Under the pieces are notes generated by a model, which saw nothing but the letters and a program-made list of their open reading frames with translations, was not told the DNA's origin and made no database searches. DNA of 64,000 nucleotides. It comes from Sphingomonadales bacterium. Its GTDB lineage: Bacteria > Bacteroidota > Bacteroidia > UBA7662. The number at the start of each line of letters is the position of its first letter. Position 1 is the first letter of the stretch. The translations under genes were made by a program, and so were the position numbers. This document shows, piece after piece, positions 45,565 through 55,778 of the stretch. Where the stretch lies: positions 12,542 through 76,541 of the forward strand of contig VHAX01000005.1 in NCBI GenBank assembly GCA_016872215.1. Reading direction: 5' to 3'.

Positions 45565-47712
45565 ATGCTTCGTCTGATACCCAATCTCCGTTTTCTTTTG
45601 ATAGCATTCACTTGCTTCTTTTGTACATCGCCATTATTTGCCCAAATCCAGGGGCGAGGTGGACCCGACCTCTACGGTTACACCTGGCGCGATTCGTATG
45701 ATTCCGTTGGTCCGCTCTACAACTGGGTCAACATCACCTCTTCCGGAACTCAGGTATTGGGGTTGGCTGATGATAATGTAATCGGCCCCTTCGCCATCCC
45801 GAATGAGTTTCAGTACTACTGGTATTTCCCCAAATTGGTTTGGATTGGTTCGAATGGCTATATCACCTTCAACTCCGACAACATAGCATCGCCCTTTCCG
45901 ATGATTCCGAATGTAGGGGGTGCCCATAATTTTATCGCAGCCCTGTTGAGTGACCTCAACTTTGCCGGCACGGGCAATCCGGGCAGCTGCTATTACTATG
46001 CTACCCCCGATACCCTCGTATTCAGTTGGATCAACGTGCCCTTCTGGACCTCAGTTCTACCCTATTATACCGGGCAAAACTCTTTCCAGATTGTTATGAA
46101 CCGGGTCGACAAAAGCATCACGTTCAATTACAAGCGACAAATTGGGTTTACCATGAGCAATGACATTACTATAGGAATTGAAAATATCAATGGTGCCATC
46201 GGATTGCAACACAGTAAAAATGTTTACCCCGACACCAACTACAGTGTACGCTTCTATTATCCGGATACGGTGACGTATCAGGTGACGGATGCGGGCATCG
46301 ACTGGAATCAAAGTCCGTTCAACCAGGGCATCTTCACCCTCATGCAGCGACCCTGTCCGCTCACGTCATATGTCAAAAACTACGGTAATCAACCACTCGG
46401 AAGCTTCAGTATCCGCAGTGCAGTCAGCAGCTTCAATCTCACGACCCCCCAGCGCGATACAGTTCCCATTACCTCACTACCCGTTGCAGTTGATACAGTG
46501 GTCAATTTTGACCCAATCACCCCTTTGGCCGCCGGAATATATGATATGCAGACTGATTTGGCTGGGGTCACCAACGATATGGTGGCCTTCAACAATCAAA
46601 TACGCACGAAAATAGTGGCCATCGACACCACGCAGACCGATGTACCCCTCGATTATTCCGACGGGGTTCCTGATGGTTTCGGTATTTCCTGGTCGAGTGG
46701 TAATGCGGGGATGGGTTATTATATGGTGCCGCCCTTCTTCCCCTACCGCATTACACAATATCGACTGATCATCACAGGCGATCCAACCCTACAGGGTTGC
46801 TTCTTGAAGATCTATGCGGATGATGGACCGAACGGGGGACCGGGCACTCTACTCGACTCCACCTGGGCCGATCCCGCATCGACCCCCTCTGGATTTTTGT
46901 CACTCGTGCCCCTCTCTACGCCGGTAACCCGAAACGCGGGTGGATTTTATGTCTTGTGGGAGATGCCCTCCGGATCCAATATTTCTTTGGCGCGTGACCT
47001 CACGCCGCCCATTTCCTGTCGCACTATGGAGGTCATACAGGGCGCGTGGGCCGGTTACCGCAGTCGGTTAACGGAGGATATGGTGCTCGGGGTCATTTCC
47101 CGTCCCTTGCGGAACATCGATTTGGCCGTGGATCCGCCCGTTTTCCCGATTGCAGGAGATGTGGTGAATACGCCGATTCGTCCGCGCCTGCGCATCCGTG
47201 GTATTGGAACCTATCCCCACGGCACAGCCACGGTTTCCTACCGCTTTGGCAACCAGCCGGTGGTCACCGAAACCCTGCCTGCTGGTAGTCCCGTTCCGGG
47301 CGGTAGCTTTGTTTATGAATTCACCACCCCGCTCAGTTCCCCCACATCACAGGGTGCCACGCTTTGTCTTTGGGTCCGTCATACCGATGATGTCAACCGT
47401 GCCAACGACACCACCTGCATACCCCTCAATTTTTTCTATACAGGAATTGAGGAGCAAGTCAATGGGCCATCCGTCAAGATTTGGCCGAATCCGAGCGATG
47501 GTAAGAAATTTTTCGTTGAGACCCTGTCGATGGGTCGCGTGGATGAGATCATAGTTTTTGATGCACTGGGACGACTCCTAGCGCGTAACCCGGGAATCTT
47601 TCCTGAAGATGGCCGCTATGAGTTTGTAGTGGAAGGGTGGTCGCCCGGCCTCTACACTATCCGCGTACAGGGCGAACGGGGCATTGTCACCGCTCGCCTG
47701 GTCAATCCATAG
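45565..47712 (+). CDS. T9SS-secreted protein with Ig/CARDB-like modules
   Basis: Signal peptide (LFA-Q), N-terminal GGPDLYGYTW, NDMVAFNN and DDVNRAND module ends, CTD IWPNPS...PGLYTI. Confidence 0.85.
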   Translation: MLRLIPNLRFLLIAFTCFFCTSPLFAQIQGRGGPDLYGYTWRDSYDSVGPLYNWVNITSSGTQVLGLADDNVIGPFAIPNEFQYYWYFPKLVWIGSNGYITFNSDNIASPFPMIPNVGGAHNFIAALLSDLNFAGTGNPGSCYYYATPDTLVFSWINVPFWTSVLPYYTGQNSFQIVMNRVDKSITFNYKRQIGFTMSNDITIGIENINGAIGLQHSKNVYPDTNYSVRFYYPDTVTYQVTDAGIDWNQSPFNQGIFTLMQRPCPLTSYVKNYGNQPLGSFSIRSAVSSFNLTTPQRDTVPITSLPVAVDTVVNFDPITPLAAGIYDMQTDLAGVTNDMVAFNNQIRTKIVAIDTTQTDVPLDYSDGVPDGFGISWSSGNAGMGYYMVPPFFPYRITQYRLIITGDPTLQGCFLKIYADDGPNGGPGTLLDSTWADPASTPSGFLSLVPLSTPVTRNAGGFYVLWEMPSGSNISLARDLTPPISCRTMEVIQGAWAGYRSRLTEDMVLGVISRPLRNIDLAVDPPVFPIAGDVVNTPIRPRLRIRGIGTYPHGTATVSYRFGNQPVVTETLPAGSPVPGGSFVYEFTTPLSSPTSQGATLCLWVRHTDDVNRANDTTCIPLNFFYTGIEEQVNGPSVKIWPNPSDGKKFFVETLSMGRVDEIIVFDALGRLLARNPGIFPEDGRYEFVVEGWSPGLYTIRVQGERGIVTARLVNP

Positions 47713-47771
47713 CGTTACAATTGCGTTCAATACCCGAGAGGTTCATTGCACGAACCAACCGGGACATATCG

Positions 47772-50720
47772 TTATTTCAGTCCACCACCCCATGGGCCCC
47801 GCGTCGGAGGTTCGGGGCGCTGACCAAAATGACGAAGGTTATAGGTGAAGGTGAACATATGAAAGCGCTGAAGTAGTCGCGTCTCTACATCCTCTACATA
47901 GGTTTCGGTGGCATTTCGGGTGATGCTGCTGTTTTGTCCTAGCAAATCGAAAACAGACCACCGCAATTCACCTCTGCGGTCTTTGAGGAATCTGTATCCC
48001 GCGCCCACATTCCAAAGCCAGATTTGCTGGTTAAAATCCGTTCCTAAACCTGAAAATGAATTCACCATCAAATCGGAACTCAGTATGAGAGCGGGTACGG
48101 GAATGTAATTGAAGCGAAATGTGCCCGAATGGGTAAAGAAATCACTGTTTTGGTTGGGCAGCAGACTATAGCGAACCCGGTTGTAGTTGATTGTGTATCC
48201 CACGGAAAAATCCAGTTCTCGGCTGATGTTTGAATTAAGGCTAAAACCTGAATTATAATTGGTGTTGAGCGCGCGGTTCTCTACCCCATTAACCAGACTA
48301 GGCGTAATACCCGTTGTAGTACCTGCATTTATATTCAGATTTGATTTGAGAGACTTCACCGGGCGACTATAATTGAGGAATACACGGAAGTTGCGGCCAC
48401 CATCTCGATTCACGGGTTGAATGAGCTGGGCACCCCGACCCAGAACTATGGGTAATCTGTTCTGATTGTCGAGGATGGTGTCTCTCAGAGCGAGGGTGGT
48501 GCTGTTCACGATCTGGTCAGTGAACACATTGAGCATGGCAAACAAAAAGTAGGAAACCCCCTGGACAGGTTTTGCCTCCCGGATTCGTCCGCCAATTGTG
48601 TGGCTCACGGTTTGCCGCAAATCGGGGTTGCCGCGGCGCAACTGCAGGGGGTTTGAAACATCCACCAGGTTTTGGAGTTGACTCAGTGAAGGGAATTGGG
48701 CATTCGTACGATAGAAAAAGCGCAAATTCGCCGTTTTGGTAATGTTGTAACGAATCATGGCCGACGGCAGCCAGTTGTAGAAGGCAACCGGAATATCCTG
48801 ATTGAAAGGATAGGTTTGCCTACTCCGCATATCGGCCATCTGGTAACGGGCTCCGAAGGTCCATTCCAAACGCTCTACATTGTAGCGGTAGCGCAGTGTA
48901 CCCCCATGGACCACCACCCGATTATCGAACTCATTCGATAACACGCTGTCGCGGTTCTGATACTGACCGGTCAATACATCTTTTCTATCGGCCCACTGAA
49001 AGGCGTTCGATTCCGTAATTCTTGGGGCATAACTCATTTCAATCAGTCCATTTTTCCCTACAGGCTCTGTGTAGGCCAAATCCAGGTCAATCCGATTCTG
49101 ACCATTACCGATATCCGTAAACCGGTCAATGAGCGAGTCAGAATAGCCAAATGCCATCCAAATCCGATTTTTGCTTTCAAAGCCCCGAACGGCGTCTTGT
49201 TGCGACAAATCCCCGTTTAATGTAAACGAGAATGTTCGCCCACGCACAGGGAATTTGTAACGCCACACCAATTCACCATTCAACCCGAGGTTGTAGCTGG
49301 TGTCGAGCTGCTTCACATCCGTGCGGCTAATGCTGTCGACTGGAGCTCCAATGGCTCCAGCCCCCAGGTTAAGGCCTGAAAAATCTTGTGTGTTGCGGCG
49401 TCGGCTTGCGTTGAAGCGTGGACTAATTACAATGGAGTTGGACGTATCGGGATTGTACTCTATGCGCATCGACAAGCGGTGACTGAGCGTTGCCGAATTG
49501 TTCTGGCCTTTTTCCTGATATTGTTGTTGAATGCCGTCTTGCACAAAAAAATTGCGGGCAAGCCGGGTGTCCTGATTATTGAGCCCGTCGCTGAAAAAGT
49601 AACTTGCACTCATTTTTCCTTTCTTTTCCCAATTGTCGCTGAAATTGACACCAAAAGAGCGAGTCTCACTGATCCCTCCCTGCTGGCTGCTCTGAAAATT
49701 AGCGGCAGCACCGCCTCCACCCCCCATCATACCCCGGCCAAATCCGCCTGGCATCGCATTACCAATCATAGTTCTCCATGGCATAGGGTCGGGCTCTGAA
49801 AGCGAACTCAAATCCTGAGACGAGAAATTCTGCTGGTTGATGTTGTTGGCCAATCCCAGCAGAGTCACCCTCTTCTTGCCCTTGAACAGGTTCACGCTGT
49901 AACCCGACATATAGCGGCGCGATGGTTCAATCGGACCTGAATCGGTACCCACTCCGGCATACGTTTTTCCGAATCGGCTATTGTCGAGCCCCGTTTTGGT
50001 GATGATGTTTAGGGTTTTCTCTGTGTTGCCGTCGTTAATTCCGGTGAACTGAGCACGGTCGCTCATCCGATCAATTATCTGGATTCGGTCGACCACATCT
50101 GCCGGTAGACTGCGGAGCGCGGCCGTTGCATCATTGCCCATAAATTCCTGTCCGTCGAGCATAACCCGTTTCACTTGTTCACCTTGCGCCTGTATCTGAC
50201 CATTTTCAATTGTGATACCGGGCATTTTTCGTACGAGTTGCTCTGCATCAGCATATTCCGCTACTTTGTAGGAATCCGCCCGAATATCGGTGGTATCGCC
50301 TTTTTGCTCCACGGGTGCGGCCCACTCATTCACCGTAATTTCCGATAGCTGCCCGATTTGCCGGGGTAAACGCAGATTCCCTAATGATAACTCAGAATCC
50401 TTCCATTGCGACTGCGTGATGCTACGCAATATGGGACGGTAGCCCACAAAGCTGATTCGGATTTCCACAATTTGTTTGCCACTTATCGTAATTTCAAAAC
50501 GTCCGTCATTATCCGTGCTGGTGCCTTGAATGGGGGTCGTGGGATCTTCGGGGTTCCGAAATGAAACATTCACGCCCATAAGAGGGGTGCTGTCTGTCGA
50601 ATCGATAACCCGTCCGGACAACCTTCGTCCTTGTGCGAATGCATCGGACGTGAATTGAGCTATTAAAAGAAAAAGAACGACCGGGAAGAATTGGGGCGTA
50701 AAGAGAGAAAAAATGCGCAT
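47772..50720 (-). CDS. Outer membrane beta-barrel protein (TonB-dependent receptor-like) with N-terminal CarboxypepD_reg-like domain
   Basis: LSGRVIDS, KGDTT, RKMPGI plug, GNPDLR and C-terminal FTFTYNL. Confidence 0.88.
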   Translation of the reverse strand: MRIFSLFTPQFFPVVLFLLIAQFTSDAFAQGRRLSGRVIDSTDSTPLMGVNVSFRNPEDPTTPIQGTSTDNDGRFEITISGKQIVEIRISFVGYRPILRSITQSQWKDSELSLGNLRLPRQIGQLSEITVNEWAAPVEQKGDTTDIRADSYKVAEYADAEQLVRKMPGITIENGQIQAQGEQVKRVMLDGQEFMGNDATAALRSLPADVVDRIQIIDRMSDRAQFTGINDGNTEKTLNIITKTGLDNSRFGKTYAGVGTDSGPIEPSRRYMSGYSVNLFKGKKRVTLLGLANNINQQNFSSQDLSSLSEPDPMPWRTMIGNAMPGGFGRGMMGGGGGAAANFQSSQQGGISETRSFGVNFSDNWEKKGKMSASYFFSDGLNNQDTRLARNFFVQDGIQQQYQEKGQNNSATLSHRLSMRIEYNPDTSNSIVISPRFNASRRRNTQDFSGLNLGAGAIGAPVDSISRTDVKQLDTSYNLGLNGELVWRYKFPVRGRTFSFTLNGDLSQQDAVRGFESKNRIWMAFGYSDSLIDRFTDIGNGQNRIDLDLAYTEPVGKNGLIEMSYAPRITESNAFQWADRKDVLTGQYQNRDSVLSNEFDNRVVVHGGTLRYRYNVERLEWTFGARYQMADMRSRQTYPFNQDIPVAFYNWLPSAMIRYNITKTANLRFFYRTNAQFPSLSQLQNLVDVSNPLQLRRGNPDLRQTVSHTIGGRIREAKPVQGVSYFLFAMLNVFTDQIVNSTTLALRDTILDNQNRLPIVLGRGAQLIQPVNRDGGRNFRVFLNYSRPVKSLKSNLNINAGTTTGITPSLVNGVENRALNTNYNSGFSLNSNISRELDFSVGYTINYNRVRYSLLPNQNSDFFTHSGTFRFNYIPVPALILSSDLMVNSFSGLGTDFNQQIWLWNVGAGYRFLKDRRGELRWSVFDLLGQNSSITRNATETYVEDVETRLLQRFHMFTFTYNLRHFGQRPEPPTRGPWGGGLK

Positions 50721-50825
50721 AAGTTATTATAAGATGCCGCAAAGATGATAAAAGTTTAAACATATAAATGCAAGAAAAGGCTGCGTAATTTTGCAGGCAT
50801 ATTCCGATGCACCCCTTTTGCATTT

Positions 50826-51329
50826 ATGTCTACCCACCTCCATCCACACCCCCTTGTCCTAAAAAATTGGCAAATTCTGTGGATGATGCGTTTGTTTCCC
50901 CCACTCCTGTTTAACCGAATCCGCACAGAGTATTTGTCGCCCGACCTCATGCATTGCCGGGTGCGCATCGCCCATTCTTTTATGAACCGAAACCTTCAGG
51001 GTTCGGTGTTTGGAGGCACGCTATTCAGCGCTCTTGATCCGTTTTTACCCGTGATGATGTGGCAAATTTTTGCTCGGAGGGGACAAAAACTTGAGGTCTG
51101 GCTGAAGAAAGCGGAGATTGACTACCTGAAACCCTCGTCCACCAAGATGTACATAGACTTTCGCCTAAGGGAAATCGATCTTCAAGAGGCCGGGCAATCT
51201 CTCGCCGAAAAAGGCAAATTCGAAAAATGGCTCCCCGCCGAAGCGATCGATCAAAACGATGTGGTCTGCGTGCAGGCCCGGCTATTGGTGTATCTGCGAA
51301 CCTACAAAGGCCATTCGGCTAATTTCTGA
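50826..51329 (+). CDS. Hotdog-fold thioesterase-like protein (YiiD C-terminal/DUF4442-like)
   Basis: NRNLQGSVFGGTLFSALDP and IDYLKP motifs. Confidence 0.82.
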   Translation: MSTHLHPHPLVLKNWQILWMMRLFPPLLFNRIRTEYLSPDLMHCRVRIAHSFMNRNLQGSVFGGTLFSALDPFLPVMMWQIFARRGQKLEVWLKKAEIDYLKPSSTKMYIDFRLREIDLQEAGQSLAEKGKFEKWLPAEAIDQNDVVCVQARLLVYLRTYKGHSANF

Positions 51330-51508
51330 ATACATGATTAAAGAGACGTACAATGAAGCTATACAATATATAAATTTATTATTAATCTGTTAATCACCAT
51401 AATTTACTATGATAAATCAGACTCCACGGTCTGTCTATTTGATAAGTTCGCACAACCTCTTGATTAGATCAGTTATCTCATTCAACTCATAAAACATTAC
51501 ATCGCAAC

Positions 51509-52759
51509 ATGAAGCCATCCACAGAACTGATCGACGGGCATTACCTTCCCTCTAATTCGCGCAATGCGGTCAAAATGCCCCTGTACCTGAGTTCAAATTA
51601 TGTGTTCAATAGTGCACAGGAGGCGAAGGAGCTGTTCCAACAGAAAGGGGTGCAGTCCGAAGAAAACGATAACGACCATGAAAAGCCAGCGGGCATGATC
51701 TACAGCCGTCTTGAGCATCCCAATCTGATACTCGCCGAATCCCGCCTGGCTGCATATGAGGGGGCCGACGCTGCTTTGTTTTTCGAAAGTGGAATGGCGG
51801 CCATCAGTACCTTGTTTATGGGTATGCTCGCACCGGGCGACACTGTTCTCCATACCTCACCCCTTTATGGGGGAACCGACCAACTATTGAGGGGATTGTT
51901 GCAACGGTGGGGGGTGCATCTGATGGAATATGCACCACATGAGTCGATGGAAGAGATCATCGCCCGAATAGAGGGCATGAAAAACACCCCTTCCATCCGT
52001 ATGATCTACGTAGAAACACCCGCCAATCCCACCCTGCAAACAGTCGATTTCGGGCAGGTAATGGAATTGAAAGCAAGAATCGGACGTTTGACGAGCCGAT
52101 TGCCGGTGACCTCATGCGACAACACCCTACTGGGGCCTGTATTTCAAAAGCCACTCCAGCACGGCATTGATATTGGAATTTATTCGGCCACCAAATTTTT
52201 GGGCGGTCACAGCGATCTCATCGCCGGAGCTTTGGTCTGCAGCCGCGATACAGCCAACTTGCTACGGGGCGTTCGCAGTCAAATGGGCGGCACGGCGAGT
52301 CCGCATACCTCCTGGCTCATCACCCGAAGCATGGAAACGCTGGAACTGCGCATGGAAGCATCACAACGCAACGCCGTTCAAATTGTAGAATTTCTAAAAG
52401 GGCAACCCCAGGTGCAACAGCTTTTTTATCCGGGACTACTTCCGGCAGATCATCCCCATCACGGACAGGCTAGCGGCAATGGTTCCTTGTTGTCGTTTGA
52501 GTTGAGGGGTGGACAGACAGCAGCATTTCGATTTTTGGATTCTCTGGGATTGATCCGGCATGCGGTGAGTTTAGGGGGCACAGAGAGCATGGCGTGCCAT
52601 TCAGCCACTACGACCCACAGCAACGTTCCGGCCGAAATTCGACAGATTTATGGGGTGAGCGACGGACTCATTCGCTTATCGGTAGGAATCGAACATGTGG
52701 AGGATCTCATCGCCGATTTGCGTCAGGCGCTTAAAGCAGCCAATACTGGGGCACATTAA
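51509..52759 (+). CDS. PLP-dependent trans-sulfuration enzyme (cystathionine gamma-synthase / methionine gamma-lyase family)
   Basis: YSRLEHP, SGMAAI, ETPANP, DNT, PLP-lysine motif SATKFLGGHSD and RLSVGIE. Confidence 0.92.
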   Translation: MKPSTELIDGHYLPSNSRNAVKMPLYLSSNYVFNSAQEAKELFQQKGVQSEENDNDHEKPAGMIYSRLEHPNLILAESRLAAYEGADAALFFESGMAAISTLFMGMLAPGDTVLHTSPLYGGTDQLLRGLLQRWGVHLMEYAPHESMEEIIARIEGMKNTPSIRMIYVETPANPTLQTVDFGQVMELKARIGRLTSRLPVTSCDNTLLGPVFQKPLQHGIDIGIYSATKFLGGHSDLIAGALVCSRDTANLLRGVRSQMGGTASPHTSWLITRSMETLELRMEASQRNAVQIVEFLKGQPQVQQLFYPGLLPADHPHHGQASGNGSLLSFELRGGQTAAFRFLDSLGLIRHAVSLGGTESMACHSATTTHSNVPAEIRQIYGVSDGLIRLSVGIEHVEDLIADLRQALKAANTGAH

Positions 52760-52874
52760 TTAATTCAATAATTCTGCTTCCTTATTTGATTAAATTTATT
52801 AATCTGATGCAACAGATGAGACTTGTCGACGCAGATAGAATGCTGTCTCATTGAATCGAAATAGCTAATTTCAT

Positions 52875-54074
52875 TTAGAGGCGAACGAGAACTGCGCCGA
52901 AAAGCACATCGCCACCTTCTGCGGATGCCTGTTCGTAGCCCAACTCGCGACATTGCCACCCGTAAGCGGTACACAGACGCTCCACAACCCTTTCGTTTTC
53001 GTCGGCATAGAGCGAGCAGGTAAGGTAGATGAGTCGCCCCCCTTCGCAAACATACGGGAGAAGATTGCCAGCCAAACGAAACTGACGATCGGCAAAATCG
53101 GCCAACCGATGGTTGTCGAACCGGGATAGCCAGTCGGGTGTGGCCAACCAGGTTCCTGAACCCGAACAGGGGACATCGGCCAAAACCGCATCAAAATGGC
53201 GGGGAAAGCTGCCTGCCTGCTCAAGAGGGTCACGCTGATCGAGATTCACACAATACCGGCTATAGGATCGAATGCCGGCCCTGCTGAATCGTTCGTGCAA
53301 CTGATGCAATGTGGTTTGACGCTCATCAGTTGCAAATAGACGTACACCCGGCTCACGGTCATGCAACAATAAACTTTTGCCGCCTGAGCCGGCAAAAGCA
53401 TCCCACCAGCTCTCCCCTGCTATCGGATTCATAAATCGAAAGGTGCGCTGAGAGGCTAGATCCTGCACTTCGAAGGAGCCGTTCATATAATTCGCCAAAA
53501 TATCGAGGGGCCGACCCGGCTCCACCCAGCGGGCGTTTGGTGTCGGATCGGACTTTCCCCATACCCATCCCTTGGCTGTCCATTCATTCTCCACCTCTCC
53601 TTCCCTACCCGAGCGCACACGCACCCAGGTTCTGGGCGCCATCAGGAATCCATTCAGCAGTTCATGAGTATCCACATGAGGTGAGATTCGATCTTGGGCC
53701 GGAAACCAATCAGCCTCTCGAAACAAATGGCCTGACTGAGCCCAAGATCTACAAACAGCCAGAGCATCCATGTCCATTCCAGGCAAGGCAGGCATGTGCC
53801 ATCCACTGCGGGTTGAGCCGTACCTAACAAACTCTGAATCCACTCCTGCCGTGAACACCTGTCCCATGCCGATTTGCTGTTCCACTGTCGCTTCAGGAAA
53901 AAGCCGGGCCATGCGCACTGCGCCGTAAACCAGGGAACGTAATTCGCGGCGGTCGCGGCTGCCCATGGCTGGGAAACCCTTCATATAGGTTTTCAGCCAG
54001 CTGTTCAACTCCTCACGATAGCGGTAGGTACCCAAGGCTGCCACCGCCTGCTTCATACGCACCTCAGCAATCAC
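52875..54074 (-). CDS. RsmB/NOP (Fmu/Sun) family RNA m5C methyltransferase
   Basis: EVQDLASQ, DAFAGSGGKS, DVPCSGSG and YLTCS...ENE motifs. Confidence 0.9.
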   Translation of the reverse strand: MIAEVRMKQAVAALGTYRYREELNSWLKTYMKGFPAMGSRDRRELRSLVYGAVRMARLFPEATVEQQIGMGQVFTAGVDSEFVRYGSTRSGWHMPALPGMDMDALAVCRSWAQSGHLFREADWFPAQDRISPHVDTHELLNGFLMAPRTWVRVRSGREGEVENEWTAKGWVWGKSDPTPNARWVEPGRPLDILANYMNGSFEVQDLASQRTFRFMNPIAGESWWDAFAGSGGKSLLLHDREPGVRLFATDERQTTLHQLHERFSRAGIRSYSRYCVNLDQRDPLEQAGSFPRHFDAVLADVPCSGSGTWLATPDWLSRFDNHRLADFADRQFRLAGNLLPYVCEGGRLIYLTCSLYADENERVVERLCTAYGWQCRELGYEQASAEGGDVLFGAVLVRL

Positions 54075-54172
54075 AACTACGCCTATTTATAATTCCTCTA
54101 TACCGTAAAGCATTCGGTTCTGGCTTTCGGGCATGAATCGCAAAGACCATGGAAATAAATTTTGAAAACGGG

Positions 54173-55696
54173 TTATTCCCATTCTATGGTGGCTGGTGGC
54201 TTGGAGCTGATGTCATATACCACCCGATTTATCCCCTTGACCTGGTTGATGATGTCGTTCGAAATTTGCGCCAGCAAATCATATGGCAGATGGACCCAAT
54301 CGGCCGTCATACCATCCACGCTGTGCACAGCCCTCAGGGCCACCACTTCTTCGTAGGTACGCTCATCGCCCATCACCCCCACGCTCCGCACTGGCAGCAG
54401 AATTGCTCCAGCCTGCCAAATGCGGTCATACCAGCCCGAATCTTTCAGGTGCTGAATGTATAGTGCGTCGGCTTCCTGCAAAAGGGCTACGCGATGGGCA
54501 TCGACAATACCCAGAATCCGGATGCCGAGGCCCGGACCGGGGAATGGGTGTCGACCCAAGAACATCGGGCTGATGCCCAGGGCGGCTCCCACATGGCGAA
54601 CCTCATCCTTGAACAGGGTTCTGAGTGGCTCCAACAGGGAGAGTTTCATGTATTCCGGCAGACCCCCCACATTGTGGTGCGATTTAATCGTAGCTGAGGG
54701 CCCCATGACCGACACCGACTCGATCACATCGGGGTATATCGTTCCTTGTCCGAGCCATTGTATGTTGGTGAGTCGATGTGCCTCGCGATCAAACAACTCA
54801 ATGAAGGTGCGGCCTATAGCCTTGCGTTTGGCCTCCGGCTCAGATAGTCCATCGAGTGCCTGGTAGAATTCTTCGCGGGCATCTACCCCTGCCATGTTCA
54901 AATCCAACTGCCGGTAGTCGTGGAGTACCTGATCGAACTCGCCCTTGCGCAGCAATCCGTTGTCAAAGAAGATTCCGCGGAGGCGATGCCCAATGGCTCG
55001 ATGAATCAGCATAGCCGCCACAGTGCTGTCGACCCCGCCGCTGAGTCCCATCACCACCTGTCCATCGCCGACCTGTTCCCGGATCGCCGCCACGCTTTGC
55101 TCAATGAAATGCTCTGCCGTCCAGTCCTGCCGGCATGCGCAGATGTCAACAACAAAATTCTTGAGAAGTAGCGCCCCATGCTGTGAGTGCGTAACCTCAG
55201 GATGAAACTGTATGCCATACAGGGGGTATTCGCCAACCTGATAGGCAGCGTTGTCGACCGTTTCGGTGCTTCCCAGCAAACGCACGTCTGCTGGCAGGGC
55301 GGCGATCGTGTCGCCGTGCGACATCCATACTTCGCTATCCGGGGTAAATCCGGCGAAAAGTCGGTTCTCAGATCGAATCGACAAACGGGCGCGCCCATAC
55401 TCGCGGATGGTGGCGGGCAGGAGTTCTCCCCCGGTTTGTTGAGCGAGCAATTGGGCACCGTAACAAATCGCAAGTAGCGGTCGGCCGGCCGATAGGGAGC
55501 GGATGTCGGGACGGGGAGCGCCTTCCTGGCTGGTGCTGTAGGGGCTCCCCGACAAGATAATCCCCTTGATTTCCGGATCATCATCAATTGGGCGATTCCA
55601 GGGCTGTATTTCGCAATAAACCTGCAATTCCCGAACTCGCCGGGCGATCAGCTGCGTGTATTGAGATCCGAAATCGAGAATGATGATTTTGTCCAT
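54173..55696 (-). CDS. guaA: GMP synthase (glutamine-hydrolysing)
   Basis: [32 protein letters not shown] and KPPATIEWE motifs. Confidence 0.98.
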   Translation of the reverse strand: MDKIIILDFGSQYTQLIARRVRELQVYCEIQPWNRPIDDDPEIKGIILSGSPYSTSQEGAPRPDIRSLSAGRPLLAICYGAQLLAQQTGGELLPATIREYGRARLSIRSENRLFAGFTPDSEVWMSHGDTIAALPADVRLLGSTETVDNAAYQVGEYPLYGIQFHPEVTHSQHGALLLKNFVVDICACRQDWTAEHFIEQSVAAIREQVGDGQVVMGLSGGVDSTVAAMLIHRAIGHRLRGIFFDNGLLRKGEFDQVLHDYRQLDLNMAGVDAREEFYQALDGLSEPEAKRKAIGRTFIELFDREAHRLTNIQWLGQGTIYPDVIESVSVMGPSATIKSHHNVGGLPEYMKLSLLEPLRTLFKDEVRHVGAALGISPMFLGRHPFPGPGLGIRILGIVDAHRVALLQEADALYIQHLKDSGWYDRIWQAGAILLPVRSVGVMGDERTYEEVVALRAVHSVDGMTADWVHLPYDLLAQISNDIINQVKGINRVVYDISSKPPATIEWE

Positions 55697-55778
55697 TGAT
55701 ACATTTGTTATGGCTACGTATTCCACATGGTCGAATTAACCACGGTTTTTTCTATTTAGGTTGATGCAATAGAAGGAT

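Noticed and set aside
51330-51508. Possible SAM riboswitch upstream of the trans-sulfuration gene
   Set aside because: No SAM-I or SAM-II core motifs were recognised, and the region is AT-rich with little structure.
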